A stretch of DNA of 64,000 nt, taken from the NCBI GenBank assembly GCA_964475405.1, contig CAYYWX010000007.1, positions 17,280 to 81,279 of the forward strand, given 5' to 3'. The translations under genes were made by a program, and so were the position numbers. Of the stretch, positions 31,145 to 41,111 are shown in pieces; position 1 is the stretch's first letter; each line of letters opens with the position of its first letter. Under the pieces are notes generated by a model. That model saw only the letters and a list, made by a program, of their open reading frames with translations, searched no databases and was not told the DNA's origin. The DNA is from an uncultured Verrucomicrobiota bacterium. GTDB lineage: Bacteria > Verrucomicrobiota > Kiritimatiellia > JAAZAB01.

Positions 31145-31902
31145 ACGATATTATTAAAATAGCGAACCGGAACTTCAGCGTCTTTTACGGTGCAACCCGG
31201 GCCCTGCGCGGCATTACCCTGGATGTGCCGGCCAACCGGATTCTCGGCATCATCGGCCCGGCCGGCTCCGGCAAAACCGCGTTGTTGCGCGCCATGAACC
31301 GCCTGAACGACTTGGACCCGAACTGTCGCGTGGAAGGACAAATCCTGCTGGACGGCGAAGACATCTACCAGCCGGACTTTGACGTGGTTCGCCTCAGGCG
31401 ACGGGTGGGAATGCTCTTCGCCCTGCCGGTGCCGCTGCCGATGAGCCTGTTTGACAACATCGCCTACGGGCCGCGCTTGTCCGGCATCCGGGCGCGCAAG
31501 CGCCTGGATGAGTTGGTGGAGCGCAGCCTCCGGGCCGCGTTCCTGTGGGACGAAGTCAAGGACCGGCTCCACACGTCCGCGCTGCGCCTTTCCGGCGGAC
31601 AGCAACAGCGCCTGTGCCTGGCCCGCGTGCTCGCCATGGAGCCCGAAGTGATCCTGCTGGACGAGCCCTGTTCGGGACTGGACCCGATTTCCACCGCCCG
31701 GATTGAAGAGGCCCTGATGACGCTGAAAAACGATTACACCATCGTCCTGGTCACCAACAACACGAAGCAGGCGGCGCGCGTGGCCGACATTACCGCCTTC
31801 CTGCTCCAGGGCGAACTGGTGGAATTCGGGCCGACCCCGCAACTGTTTTTAACGCCCGGGGACAAGCGGACCAACGATTATATCAGCGGAAGGTTCGGAT
31901 GA
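31141..31902 (+). CDS. pstB: phosphate ABC transporter ATP-binding protein
   Basis: The gene starts at [17 protein letters not shown]. Walker A (GPAGSGKT) and the signature LSGGQQQRL are present. The start codon overlaps the pstA stop. Confidence 0.9.
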   Translation: MNDIIKIANRNFSVFYGATRALRGITLDVPANRILGIIGPAGSGKTALLRAMNRLNDLDPNCRVEGQILLDGEDIYQPDFDVVRLRRRVGMLFALPVPLPMSLFDNIAYGPRLSGIRARKRLDELVERSLRAAFLWDEVKDRLHTSALRLSGGQQQRLCLARVLAMEPEVILLDEPCSGLDPISTARIEEALMTLKNDYTIVLVTNNTKQAARVADITAFLLQGELVEFGPTPQLFLTPGDKRTNDYISGRFG

Positions 31903-32660
31903 TAATGAACACCGTGATGCAATTATCCAATTTGGACCTTTATTACGGCTCCTTCCATGCCCTCAAGAATGTCAATCTCTCGATTGAAAAACAAAAGATC
32001 ACCGCCCTGATCGGCCCCTCGGGTTGCGGCAAGTCAACGCTCCTGAGGGTGTTGAACCGGATGAACGACCTGATCCCGGGCTGCCTGGTCACCGGCACAA
32101 TCCTGCTGGAAGGCGGGGACATTTACCGGCCTGATGTTGATGTTTGCGATTTGCGCAAAAAAGTAGGCATGGTCTTCCAGCGCCCCAACGCTTTCCCGCT
32201 TTCAATCCGGGATAATGTTACGTTCGGATTGCGGGTGGCCGGCCTGAAAAACCGGCAGGAAATAAACGAGATAACGGAAAAAAGTCTGAGGGCCGCCTGG
32301 CTGTGGGAAAACGTGAAGGATAGTCTTGACGCGTCGGCGCTCGAGCTGCCGCTGGACCAGCAACAGCGGCTTTGCATCGCCCGGCTCCTTGCGGTCGAGC
32401 CGGAGGTGATCCTGATGGATGAGCCTTGTTCGGCCCTGGACCCGATATCAACCGCCAAGATCGAGGAGCTCATGCTGGAGCTGCATAAAAAATATACGAT
32501 TGTCATCGTGACCCACAACATGCAGCAGGCGGCGCGCATCTCGGACTATTCAGCATATATGCTGCTCGGGGAAATGATTGAGTTCGGGGAAACAACGCAG
32601 ATTTTCGCCAAACCGGGAGATAAACGCACGGAGGATTATATTACGGGCCGGTATGGGTAG
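31899..32660 (+). CDS. pstB: second tandem phosphate ABC transporter ATP-binding protein
   Basis: It is a 253-aa paralog with Walker A (GPSGCGKST). Its ABC signature is a degenerate variant ([13 protein letters not shown]). Confidence 0.85.
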   Translation: MIMNTVMQLSNLDLYYGSFHALKNVNLSIEKQKITALIGPSGCGKSTLLRVLNRMNDLIPGCLVTGTILLEGGDIYRPDVDVCDLRKKVGMVFQRPNAFPLSIRDNVTFGLRVAGLKNRQEINEITEKSLRAAWLWENVKDSLDASALELPLDQQQRLCIARLLAVEPEVILMDEPCSALDPISTAKIEELMLELHKKYTIVIVTHNMQQAARISDYSAYMLLGEMIEFGETTQIFAKPGDKRTEDYITGRYG

Positions 32661-33187
32661 CGTAATGTTTCACTCAGATATGTATTTAATAGCATGTCAT
32701 GCTGAGCGTAGCGAAGCATCTCCATCATAACGAGATTCCTCGCCTCGGCTCGGAATGACAAACTCATGATTTTAAGGGTTTTCTTTCTCATAAGTTCATT
32801 TAATTCAGTTGCATTACGCTAGGCTCGGTCCGGCCCAGGCGATGGAATCGGCGATGGCGCGTTAATGATTTGTCCCGGCGTAGCTCTGGGCAAAGCCGGA
32901 TGTTATCGTGGGGCGAATTTGGTTCCCCGATGAATATCGGGGTTCGCAAAAGCAAGGCAATCCGCCGCTTTGGCGGACAAGGCTTGGGCAGAATGCCGGC
33001 GCGCTGCGTGAAGCATTAGACTCGTGTCTATGCGAACGCGGCAAACCCGCAGACTGCCCAAGATCGCCGCCTTGTCCTCCGAAGTCCGTTGTGGCGAGAC
33101 GAAGGAGGACGCGTTTTGCGAACCAAATTCGACACACATTGAGAAAACACAGACGAAGAAGTAGATAGTCATTATAGGAGAATACAT

Positions 33188-33871
33188 ATGAACATTCAGT
33201 TACAACGGGAAATAGACAAGCTGAAACGACAACTCCTGGCGCTGAGCGCCAAGGTGGAAAACGACGTGCGCATCGCCGTCCGGGCGGCCGATAACCTGGA
33301 TGCGGCCATGGCCCGGGAAGTTGTGAGCCGTGAGGAAGAAACCAATACCATGGAAGTGAACGTGGAGGAAGAGTGTCTGAAAATCCTGTCCTTGTATCAG
33401 CCGGTGGCGAGCGACCTGAGATATATCGTGGCCGTGCTCAAGATCAACCAGGACCTGGAACGCATCGGGGACCTGGCGGTGCATATCGCCGAGCGCGCCA
33501 TCTTCCTTTGCAGTTGCCCGCGGATCGCAATCCCGGTCCGCCTGGAGCAGATGGCCGAAAAGACCCAGCATTTGCTGAAAAAAGTGCTGGATGCCTTCGT
33601 GAATATTGATGAAGCCGCCGCCCGCGAAGTGTGCGCGTCGGACCGCGAGATAGACGACATGAATCAGGAGATATTCCAGCAGGTCAAGGAAATCATCATG
33701 AAAAACCCGCAGCAATTTGAATCGTTGCTCCAGATCATGCATATTTCCCGGCACCTGGAGAGAATCGCCGATCACGCCACGAATATCGCCGAGGATTTGA
33801 TCTACCTCATAGAAGGCCGGATTGTGCGCCACCAGCCGGATGTTTCTGATAAGGAAAATAAGGAAAAATAA
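33188..33871 (+). CDS. phoU: phosphate signalling complex protein PhoU
   Basis: Two PhoU repeats are present (DLERIGDLAVHIAE and HLERIADHATNIAE). Confidence 0.9.
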   Translation: MNIQLQREIDKLKRQLLALSAKVENDVRIAVRAADNLDAAMAREVVSREEETNTMEVNVEEECLKILSLYQPVASDLRYIVAVLKINQDLERIGDLAVHIAERAIFLCSCPRIAIPVRLEQMAEKTQHLLKKVLDAFVNIDEAAAREVCASDREIDDMNQEIFQQVKEIIMKNPQQFESLLQIMHISRHLERIADHATNIAEDLIYLIEGRIVRHQPDVSDKENKEK

Positions 33872-33972
33872 GGAAAATGCCGCGCGGTAAAATCGCCGGC
33901 CAATATCCCGTCTTGCAAATGCCGGTTGACTTGCCATAATTGCTTCCCTTTCGAGAATAAAGGAAAGAATAT

Positions 33973-36129
33973 ATGGCGGAAAAAATGCGGTTGGGCGACA
34001 ACTTGCCGGATGATGATCTTGAGGAGCAGTTCCTCAACCGTCTTCCGGAAAGCGCCGCCTGTTTCCATGAATTGCTGGAAGCAATCGTCCATTTTGCCGA
34101 AAATCACCAGGTGGAGCGGGCCGAGGCCTGCGCCGGGCTGCTGGAAGACGCCCTGAAGAAGGGCCGGGCTGAGGATGAGATTCTCATCCTCCTTGAACGC
34201 CGCGCCGCCTGGCAGTCGGACGAGGCCGCCTATGCGGCTTCATGCGCCGGGAAGCTGGCCGATTTTTTCAGCGGTCGGAGCCTGATGCAGGTTTTCCTGG
34301 AGACCTGCGGCCTGCGCGCCGGCGTTCCGCCCGCGGAGGCCCTGCGCCGCCTGCGAGTCCTGCGCGCCCTGCGGCCGGGAAAATGTTGCCATGAAAAAAC
34401 ATGGGGGCTCGGCATCGTCTCCGAGATAGACGAGTTTGACCGCAAGCTGGTGATTGATTTTGAGGGCAAACGCGCCCACCGCCTCGGGTTCGCGTACGCG
34501 GCCGAATCCGTCCTGCCGCTGGAGGACGATCATTTCCTCGCCTTGAAGCTGAAGGATCCTGAAAAATTTAACCGGCAAGTGAAGGAGAATCCGGCCGAAA
34601 CGGCGAAGGCCATGCTGCGGCAGTTCGGCGAAATGAACGCACCGCGCTTGCGCGCCCTGATGACCGGGCTGGTCGTTCCCGAGAAGGAATGGAGCGCGTT
34701 CTGGTCCGCAGCCCGCGCGAAACTCTCATCCGACCCGCTGGTCCAGATGCCGGCCGGACGCAATGACCCGATCCGGATTTTATCCGACAAAAAGGAATTT
34801 GACGGCCGGTGGCGCGATGATTTCCTGGCCTTGCGCGATGTTGACCGCATCCTGGCGGAGATTGATTCCCTTTACGGCAAGTTTGCCCCGCGGGATCTGC
34901 CCGGCGATTTGAAGTCGGCGGTTGAGGACCGTTTGAAATTTGTCGTCCGGGGCATGGGCGCGGACCGGCATGGCGTGATTATCCAGGCGCTGGCGTTCGC
35001 CGACGCGGCCGGTATCAAGCCCGGGATTATTTTCGATATCTCCGTTTACGGCCGCCCGGAAACGCTCCTTGCCGCGCTCAATTCAATCCCGGCCCGGCTG
35101 ATCGGGCCGTTCCTGGAATGCCTTGAAAAGAATTCGTTGCCGGTGACGGATGTCCTGATGGAAATCATCCCCGGCCTGGCGCCTTCCGCCTTGAATGAGA
35201 CGATTGCCCACTGCCGGCAGGGCGGCCGGGAGCAAAAGTTGCGCGACACGATGCGCGTTCTCCTGCAGGGCAGCGCCGTCGGGGCCGACCTGGTCGCCTG
35301 GGTCGGACGCAATCTGCGGTGGGTGGCCGAAGAAGAAATTTGCCGGCCGGAAATTTTCGCGCAAACCGCGCTCTCCTGCCTGCAGAAAGCCCTGGCCGCG
35401 GGCAAAAAGAAGGACGTCGGCCAGTTGTTGCGCCAGGTTTTCACCGACAAGGACCTGCTCAAGGAAATGTTTGGGCCGATGGATGTCCCTCAGCGCCTTG
35501 ATTTCAGCCGGCGGCTTAATTCCCTCCCGGGCCTGACCGCGCCCGACAAGATTGAAATCGCCGCGAAAATAATTCCATTATATCCCGACCTGGCCGGAGC
35601 TTTCAGCGCCCCGGCCGTTTCCATTGCCCAGCCGAAGTTGACTTCCTACCGCACTTACCGCGCGCGGCAGGCGCAGCTGGCAAAGATCATCAACGAGGAA
35701 ATTCCGCACAACAGCCGCGAAATCGGCGTGGCGAGAAGTTACGGCGATTTGCGTGAAAATTATGAATACAAGGCGGCCAAGGAAATGCAGGGCTTGCTCA
35801 TGCGCCGCAAGGCGGAATTTGAACAAATGCTCACGGAGGTAAGGGGCTCCGATTTTTCGGGTGCGGCGCATGATGTCGCCGGCCAGGGCACGAGCGTGGA
35901 GTTGAAGATGCCGGACGGCGGCAAGCAGGTTTATCATATCCTCGGGGAATGGGATTCGGATGAAAAGCTGGGGATCATATCCTGCCGGTCGAAACTGGCC
36001 GAGACCCTGGCCGGCCATCGCGCCGGCGAGCAGGTTGAAATTCCAGGTGAAAATTCCCCCCGCAACTGCGTACTTAAATCGGTCAGCGATCTTCCGCCGG
36101 AAATCAAGGCCTGGATCAACGCTTCGTGA
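33973..36129 (+). CDS. long GreA/GreB-family transcription elongation factor homolog, with a large N-terminal extension
   Basis: The C-terminal ~160 aa carry the Gre motif (SYGDLRENYEYKAAKEMQG) and an FKBP-like C-terminus. The N-terminal ~550 aa are unknown. The 718-aa architecture resembles chlamydial GreA. Confidence 0.6.
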   Translation: MAEKMRLGDNLPDDDLEEQFLNRLPESAACFHELLEAIVHFAENHQVERAEACAGLLEDALKKGRAEDEILILLERRAAWQSDEAAYAASCAGKLADFFSGRSLMQVFLETCGLRAGVPPAEALRRLRVLRALRPGKCCHEKTWGLGIVSEIDEFDRKLVIDFEGKRAHRLGFAYAAESVLPLEDDHFLALKLKDPEKFNRQVKENPAETAKAMLRQFGEMNAPRLRALMTGLVVPEKEWSAFWSAARAKLSSDPLVQMPAGRNDPIRILSDKKEFDGRWRDDFLALRDVDRILAEIDSLYGKFAPRDLPGDLKSAVEDRLKFVVRGMGADRHGVIIQALAFADAAGIKPGIIFDISVYGRPETLLAALNSIPARLIGPFLECLEKNSLPVTDVLMEIIPGLAPSALNETIAHCRQGGREQKLRDTMRVLLQGSAVGADLVAWVGRNLRWVAEEEICRPEIFAQTALSCLQKALAAGKKKDVGQLLRQVFTDKDLLKEMFGPMDVPQRLDFSRRLNSLPGLTAPDKIEIAAKIIPLYPDLAGAFSAPAVSIAQPKLTSYRTYRARQAQLAKIINEEIPHNSREIGVARSYGDLRENYEYKAAKEMQGLLMRRKAEFEQMLTEVRGSDFSGAAHDVAGQGTSVELKMPDGGKQVYHILGEWDSDEKLGIISCRSKLAETLAGHRAGEQVEIPGENSPRNCVLKSVSDLPPEIKAWINAS

Positions 36130-36262
36130 ACCATGCGGTCTTATATCACGGGCGCGAGATTGTCATTCCCGACATGTCGCCGCTCTTGCGGGGACTGATC
36201 GGGAATCCAGTTCACCGGAGGAAGATGGATTCCCATTTGCATGGGAATGACAGAAAAAGAAA

Positions 36263-37099
36263 TTACACACGAATCTTGGCGCGATTACGTGCGTGTTCCA
36301 TGTATTTGTTTGATGATTTCCTGAATTGCGCCTTGACGTGTTTTCGGGCGATGGCGATCTGTTTTTTGATTTTCGCCGTGGCCGGCAGGACCAGGGCAAT
36401 GTGCTCAATGACCTTGCCGGTTGCCAGCCGCCGGTAGGAAGGGCGGAAATTCAAGTCATAGACCCACGAAAGCTGGAGCACGAAGAAATCCGCCAGCGAT
36501 TTCACATTGGTCAATGAAACAACCTTTTCCCGGCGGATTTCATCCAGCGCGCGCGGATTGACCGGGCCGTCAAGCTTGACCATGAGCGTTATGTCCGGGT
36601 TGCGCCGCAGGTCGCCGTTTTTCCAGGCGCGGTAAAGGACCGAAAAAATATCCAGCTTGTCGGCGTCCCGCGCCAGTTTGACGAATTCAAGGCTTTCAGG
36701 GTCAAGCCCCTCCGGCAGGTGCGAGCGGTTGTGATGGCGTATGCCCTCGATGATCCGGCGGCGGTCTTTTTCCGGACAGGCGGAAAGCGCCGGGCATTTT
36801 TCCATGATATGGGCGCCGCGCTGGCCGTGGTTAAATGACAATTCGTCGCGGAAAGTCCGGTGGTCGGTATACTGGGTGAAGCGGCCGATGTCATGGAACA
36901 GGCCGAGTATCCTGGCGGCGCGCGTCTTGGCCCGGTCAAATCCCAGGTCTTTGCCTATGCCCTCCGTCAGGCCGGCCACGCGCCGGCTGTGGTCCAGCTT
37001 GAGCTCCAGCATGGGCGAGAGTTTGCCGTCCCGGCCGGCGAACCGCCGCACGTATTCCTCAAACCATTTTAAAAGTCTTTTTTCCTCGTTCAGGTTCAT
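36263..37099 (-). CDS. HD-domain phosphohydrolase
   Basis: The HD motif (LGLFHDIGRF) is present. Confidence 0.7.
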   Translation of the reverse strand: MNLNEEKRLLKWFEEYVRRFAGRDGKLSPMLELKLDHSRRVAGLTEGIGKDLGFDRAKTRAARILGLFHDIGRFTQYTDHRTFRDELSFNHGQRGAHIMEKCPALSACPEKDRRRIIEGIRHHNRSHLPEGLDPESLEFVKLARDADKLDIFSVLYRAWKNGDLRRNPDITLMVKLDGPVNPRALDEIRREKVVSLTNVKSLADFFVLQLSWVYDLNFRPSYRRLATGKVIEHIALVLPATAKIKKQIAIARKHVKAQFRKSSNKYMEHARNRAKIRV

Positions 37100-37245
37100 G
37101 CTTTTTCCCGGAAATTACGGACATGGTGAATAAACCATCTTCGGGAACGATTGTCCAGCTTTCCATAGCCAGGTGTTGCATTAATATTCCATGTGGGTAT
37201 AAATTCCGGACACAGGGGCAAGAACAACCGGCAAAGGACATTAAC

Positions 37246-39303
37246 ATGGAAAAAAACAAATGGTATGAACGCCCGATGCGCATCGCGGCCTTGCAATGCA
37301 ATTTTGAGGGCGGACGGGCCAGGACCCTGGGCGTGCCGGCTAAATGGCGGGAGATGGGGTTCAATGTCGAACAATTGTTTCATCCCATGGCCGAGTCCTA
37401 TTGCGCGTTGTTTAATAAGCGCCGGTACGGTCCCCTCCTGACGCAATACTTGAAGGAGGCCCGGGCTAGGAAGTTGAGGGTCATCCTCTATCTGAATATC
37501 CACATTATAACCCCGTCCCTGGCTTTCAATAAAAAGACCTGGGCCCAGCGCACGCCGGACGGCCGGTATACGATGTTCTATGACACCTATTTCGCCTGCT
37601 GCGTGAACAGTCCCTGGCGGGATCATTTTTTTAGATCCCTGGAAGACCTCAAGGAGTATGACATTGACGGCGTGTTCCTGGATGGGCCGAACGTTTCCCC
37701 CGGCGGTTGCCATTGCCCGTCGTGCCGGGCAAAATATCTCCGCGAATTCGGGCGGCCCATGAAAAAAGACGCCGACTTGTGGGAATTCAGCCGGAAGAGT
37801 CTTGATGATTTCCTGCGGGAATCCTACCGGCGTTTCAAGGCCATTAAGCCCGACGGCGTCCACTATATCAATCTGGGCGTGATGCATTTGACCGGTTCTT
37901 ACATGCGGCTTCCCGACGCTTTGGACTATAATGACATCCTTGGCACGGAAGGCGGATTCATGTTTTATGGTTCCCCGAAAAACGCCTATGTGTATAAAAC
38001 CAGCATTGCCGCCAAGGTCCTGGAGGCGGTCGCGCCCGCCCGCCCGCGCGTAATTTTCATGGCCGGCGACCAGAAACCATGGTCATGGCTGATGCATACC
38101 GGCCCGGAGACGGCGTTGTGCATCGCCAGCACGGTCGCCAACGGCGCCAACATCTGGTACGGACTGCATGGCTCAACGCGGCTCCTGGATACCGACGGGG
38201 CCAGGGCCGCGCGAAAAATTCTGCGGGAGCTCTCGCGGATGGACGGCGTCCTGGCAGACACGCGCGCCGCCTCCCGCGTCGGGGTCATGTATTCATTGAC
38301 GACCGAAAAATATTACCGAAAATCGAAGGAACAAACCGATCTTTATGGATCTTCAAGCGATGGCGGCGCGGCCGGCTACCTGGGCAACTTCACGGCCGCG
38401 TTCCAGGGTGTGTGCGAGGCGCTCTCACGAAGTTCCATTCCGTTTGACGTCTTTACCGATTTCGATCTGACCCTTGCGCGCCTGCAGGCCTTTGATTGCG
38501 TCATCCTTCCCACGAGCGCCTGCCTGGACGATGCGACCGTCTCCCTGCTGAGGGAGTATGTCTCCCGGGGTGGACGCCTGGCGGCGGCGTTTGACACTTC
38601 GCTTTTTGACGGGCGGGGAAAAATGCGCCGTGATTTCGGCCTGGCCGAAGTGCTCGGAGTGTCGTTCGCCAAAGCCGTCCTGGACCTGAAGTATTACAAT
38701 TATTTCAAGCCCGGCAAAACGCACCGGCTTTGGAACGGGTTTACCCAGCCTTTGTTTCCGGCCCCGGCACTCGCGCTCGCGGTGGTTCCGCGGAAAGGCG
38801 CGCAAGTCCTTGCAAAATATCTGAAACCGCTGCCAGGGCGTTATGTCCCCTTGACGGCGCCGGACAAACCCGCGCTGGTCTGGAACAAATTCGGGAAGGG
38901 ACAAAGCCTGTATCTGTCCGGGACCTTCTGGGAGATGGCGGATGACTACGCGCCGCCGGAATACCGGCGGATGCTGGCAAACGCGGTTTCCTGGCTCGCG
39001 CCGGATTCCATCCGGCTTGAGGGCGTTCTGGGGAACGTGGAGATGACCGTGCGCCGTCCTCGGGACGAGAATCCCAAGCGCCTCATAATTTTCCTTGTCA
39101 ATTACGCCGGACTGCCACCCCGGCCCTATGAAAAGATAGTGCCGCAGGCGGAATTGTCGGTCCGCGTGCCCAGGTTTTACGGATCCTTTTCGCGCGCCCG
39201 GTCTCTGGTGAACAACAAGGCGTATCCTCTCCGCCGCGAAGCCGGCGGCGCGCGCGTTGTTGTTCCCGAACTCAGGGAATACGACGTCCTGGTTGTGGAA
39301 TGA
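37246..39303 (+). CDS. hypothetical protein, possibly a glycoside-hydrolase-like TIM-barrel enzyme
   Basis: The start is chosen at MEKNKWYERPMRIAAL behind an AAGGA RBS. There is a CxCPxC cysteine cluster. No firm family could be assigned. Confidence 0.4.
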   Translation: MEKNKWYERPMRIAALQCNFEGGRARTLGVPAKWREMGFNVEQLFHPMAESYCALFNKRRYGPLLTQYLKEARARKLRVILYLNIHIITPSLAFNKKTWAQRTPDGRYTMFYDTYFACCVNSPWRDHFFRSLEDLKEYDIDGVFLDGPNVSPGGCHCPSCRAKYLREFGRPMKKDADLWEFSRKSLDDFLRESYRRFKAIKPDGVHYINLGVMHLTGSYMRLPDALDYNDILGTEGGFMFYGSPKNAYVYKTSIAAKVLEAVAPARPRVIFMAGDQKPWSWLMHTGPETALCIASTVANGANIWYGLHGSTRLLDTDGARAARKILRELSRMDGVLADTRAASRVGVMYSLTTEKYYRKSKEQTDLYGSSSDGGAAGYLGNFTAAFQGVCEALSRSSIPFDVFTDFDLTLARLQAFDCVILPTSACLDDATVSLLREYVSRGGRLAAAFDTSLFDGRGKMRRDFGLAEVLGVSFAKAVLDLKYYNYFKPGKTHRLWNGFTQPLFPAPALALAVVPRKGAQVLAKYLKPLPGRYVPLTAPDKPALVWNKFGKGQSLYLSGTFWEMADDYAPPEYRRMLANAVSWLAPDSIRLEGVLGNVEMTVRRPRDENPKRLIIFLVNYAGLPPRPYEKIVPQAELSVRVPRFYGSFSRARSLVNNKAYPLRREAGGARVVVPELREYDVLVVE

Positions 39304-39336
39304 TGCCGGGTCTGATAGGAGGGAAGATTGCTCCGA

Positions 39337-39473
39337 TGTCAGGCTTGTCCCTTGTCGCCGGAGATGAGTCCCAAAAGTTGATCGGCCAAAATCAAAAAAT
39401 CGACGGTTACAATGTCCCAGAGAAGGTTGTTGTCCACGGCGTCATAACCATGAATCAGGCGATGACATTGTCG
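39337..39473 (-). pseudogene. HepT (HEPN/DUF86) toxin remnant, C-terminal fragment without a start codon
   Basis: Directly after the mnt stop, in the same frame, it reads RQCHRLIHGYDAVDNNLLWDIVTVDFLILADQ... This matches the HepT Rx4HxY region. The N-terminal ~70 aa are absent and there is no in-frame Met. Confidence 0.5.
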
Positions 39474-39776
39474 TCATGCCGCGACATATTGCACCTTTGC
39501 TTCCCGTAATACCTCTTCGCGAAAATACTTGCTCAAGGTGGCCGGAGTATGCAAGTCCACCTTGCGCCCGAGGATCAACGTGAGGTCATCCTGCATTCTG
39601 ATGAACGCAAACCCGACGCAGGCATCCGGCAGAAACTCAACCAGCACGTCAACGTCGCTTTCGGGCCGGAAGTCATCACGCAGGATGGAGCCGAAGAGCG
39701 CCAGCATGCGGATCTTGTTAGCGCGGCAAAATTCCGCCAGCCGCTCTTGTGGTATTTCTATGCCATGTAAAGTCAT
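39474..39776 (-). CDS. MNT-type nucleotidyltransferase (antitoxin of a HepT/MntA-like module)
   Basis: [23 protein letters not shown] is the GSx10DxD nucleotidyltransferase motif. It is 100 aa. Confidence 0.8.
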   Translation of the reverse strand: MTLHGIEIPQERLAEFCRANKIRMLALFGSILRDDFRPESDVDVLVEFLPDACVGFAFIRMQDDLTLILGRKVDLHTPATLSKYFREEVLREAKVQYVAA

Positions 39777-40154
39777 ATTGTTCGGTCTCTTTCGGTTTTT
39801 GAAAAAACTAGCAGAATAAATCGGTCAAAGCCAGATATAAAATCTCCGAAAAATCAGAGGGGGTGCAAGACAAATCTTTTGATCCATCCCGACATTCACC
39901 CGCCCATCCCAAGGTGGGGAACCGAAGAAGTTTTGGGAACAAGTGCGCTTGCGATCCCCTCCTTCGGAGGGGTGCCCACTTGCCTCGGCGAAGCGCTCCG
40001 CCTTCGCGGCTCGGCAAAGCACCGCTTCGGCGCGACGACGGCCGGCGGAGCCGGGACGGGCGGGGTGGGTCGTCTTGCAGAGTCTTGCAGAGTTTGCATT
40101 TGACACCTTCCCGTTTTTTGGCAAACTTTTTTTATTGCGGCGGTAATCGGTTTA

Positions 40155-40991
40155 ATGCCGTCCATCCGGATTTTAGGGGAAACATTGCATATTGAAACTG
40201 TCACGGTCCTGGAACAGAAGGGCGGGAAAAATTTCGGCGGCGATTATCGCGTTTTGAAATTTGCCTCTAAAAAAATCGCCCCCGCCGTGCGGCCGGGACA
40301 ATTCATTCACCTGCGCGTCTTCGGGCGCGATGAAATCGTCCTGCGCCGCCCGTTCAGCGTCTTCAAGGTCGACCGGCAAAGCCTGACCATCCTTTTCAAG
40401 ATAATCGGCAAGGGCACGAAATTACTGGCCCAGCTGCGCCCCGGCGACAAGGCCGGCATGATCGGTCCGCTCGGCAACGGCTTCCCGCCTCCGGCCAAGG
40501 ACGTTTACCCGGTGCTGGTGGCCGGCGGATACGGGAGCGCCGCGCTTTATCTGCTCGCGCAGCGGATGAAAAACAAGGGAATCCTTTTTATCGGCGGGAA
40601 AACAAAGGAAGATATCTTGTGCGTGGCCGATTACAAGCGTTTGGGATGGAAAGTGTGCGTTGCGACCGAGGATGGTTCCGCTGGTCAAAAAGGGCTGGTG
40701 ACGGATATCCTTGAAAAATATCTTGCCGTCGGGATTAAAAACCGGAAAATGGCGCTTTACGCGTGCGGTCCGATGGGCATGCTCTCGGCGGTCGGCAAAA
40801 TCGCGATAAACGGCGGCTGGCCGGCCTGGCTTGCGCTGGACAAGAACATGGGTTGCGGGGTGGGGGCCTGCCTGGCCTGCGTACAGAAAATCAGGGTGCC
40901 CGGCGCGCGGGGGACTCAGGATTCCTGGAAATGGGCGCGCATCTGCACGGAAGGCCCGGTCTTTGAATGCCGGGAAATTGTCTGGGAGTGA
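40155..40991 (+). CDS. pyrK: dihydroorotate dehydrogenase electron transfer subunit
   Basis: It has an FAD/NAD-binding ferredoxin-reductase fold and a C-terminal 2Fe-2S cysteine cluster (GCGVGACLAC). It lies upstream of pyrD. Confidence 0.85.
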   Translation: MPSIRILGETLHIETVTVLEQKGGKNFGGDYRVLKFASKKIAPAVRPGQFIHLRVFGRDEIVLRRPFSVFKVDRQSLTILFKIIGKGTKLLAQLRPGDKAGMIGPLGNGFPPPAKDVYPVLVAGGYGSAALYLLAQRMKNKGILFIGGKTKEDILCVADYKRLGWKVCVATEDGSAGQKGLVTDILEKYLAVGIKNRKMALYACGPMGMLSAVGKIAINGGWPAWLALDKNMGCGVGACLACVQKIRVPGARGTQDSWKWARICTEGPVFECREIVWE

Positions 40992-41080
40992 ACAATTTTG
41001 TAGAGATGAAAAAAAGAGATTATCTCACAGAGATCACAGAGTCCACAGAGAGGGGCGAAAGCCGACGGATGTGGCCGGAA

Positions 41081-41111
41081 AATTTTTGCGTGGAGCAAAA
41101 ATTTTCCAGCC
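41081..41111. promoter_or_regulatory. perfect 13-bp inverted repeat (hairpin) in the pyrK-pyrD intergenic region
   Basis: GGAAAATTTTTGC-gtgga-GCAAAAATTTTCC. It is preceded by AGTCCACAGAGAGGGGCGAAAGCC, which resembles a PyrR-binding loop. Confidence 0.4.

Noticed and set aside
30811-31902. 363-aa ORF implying a long PstB
   Set aside because: Its N-terminal 110 aa are an alternative frame within pstA. The canonical PstB start MNDIIK at 31141 overlaps the pstA stop.
33877-33905. Tandem AAGGAAAATA x3 at the phoU stop
   Set aside because: It is a short low-complexity tract overlapping the PhoU C-terminal codons (DKENKEK). It is not a convincing independent element.
39300-39509. 69-aa plus-strand ORF downstream of the GH-like gene
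   Set aside because: It overlaps the HepT remnant region on the opposite strand. It has no RBS and no motif, and is likely spurious.
40072-40092. Tandem direct repeat GTCTTGCAGAGTCTTGCAGAG upstream of pyrK
   Set aside because: It is only two short units in a promoter region. It is noted, but there is too little evidence for a regulatory call.
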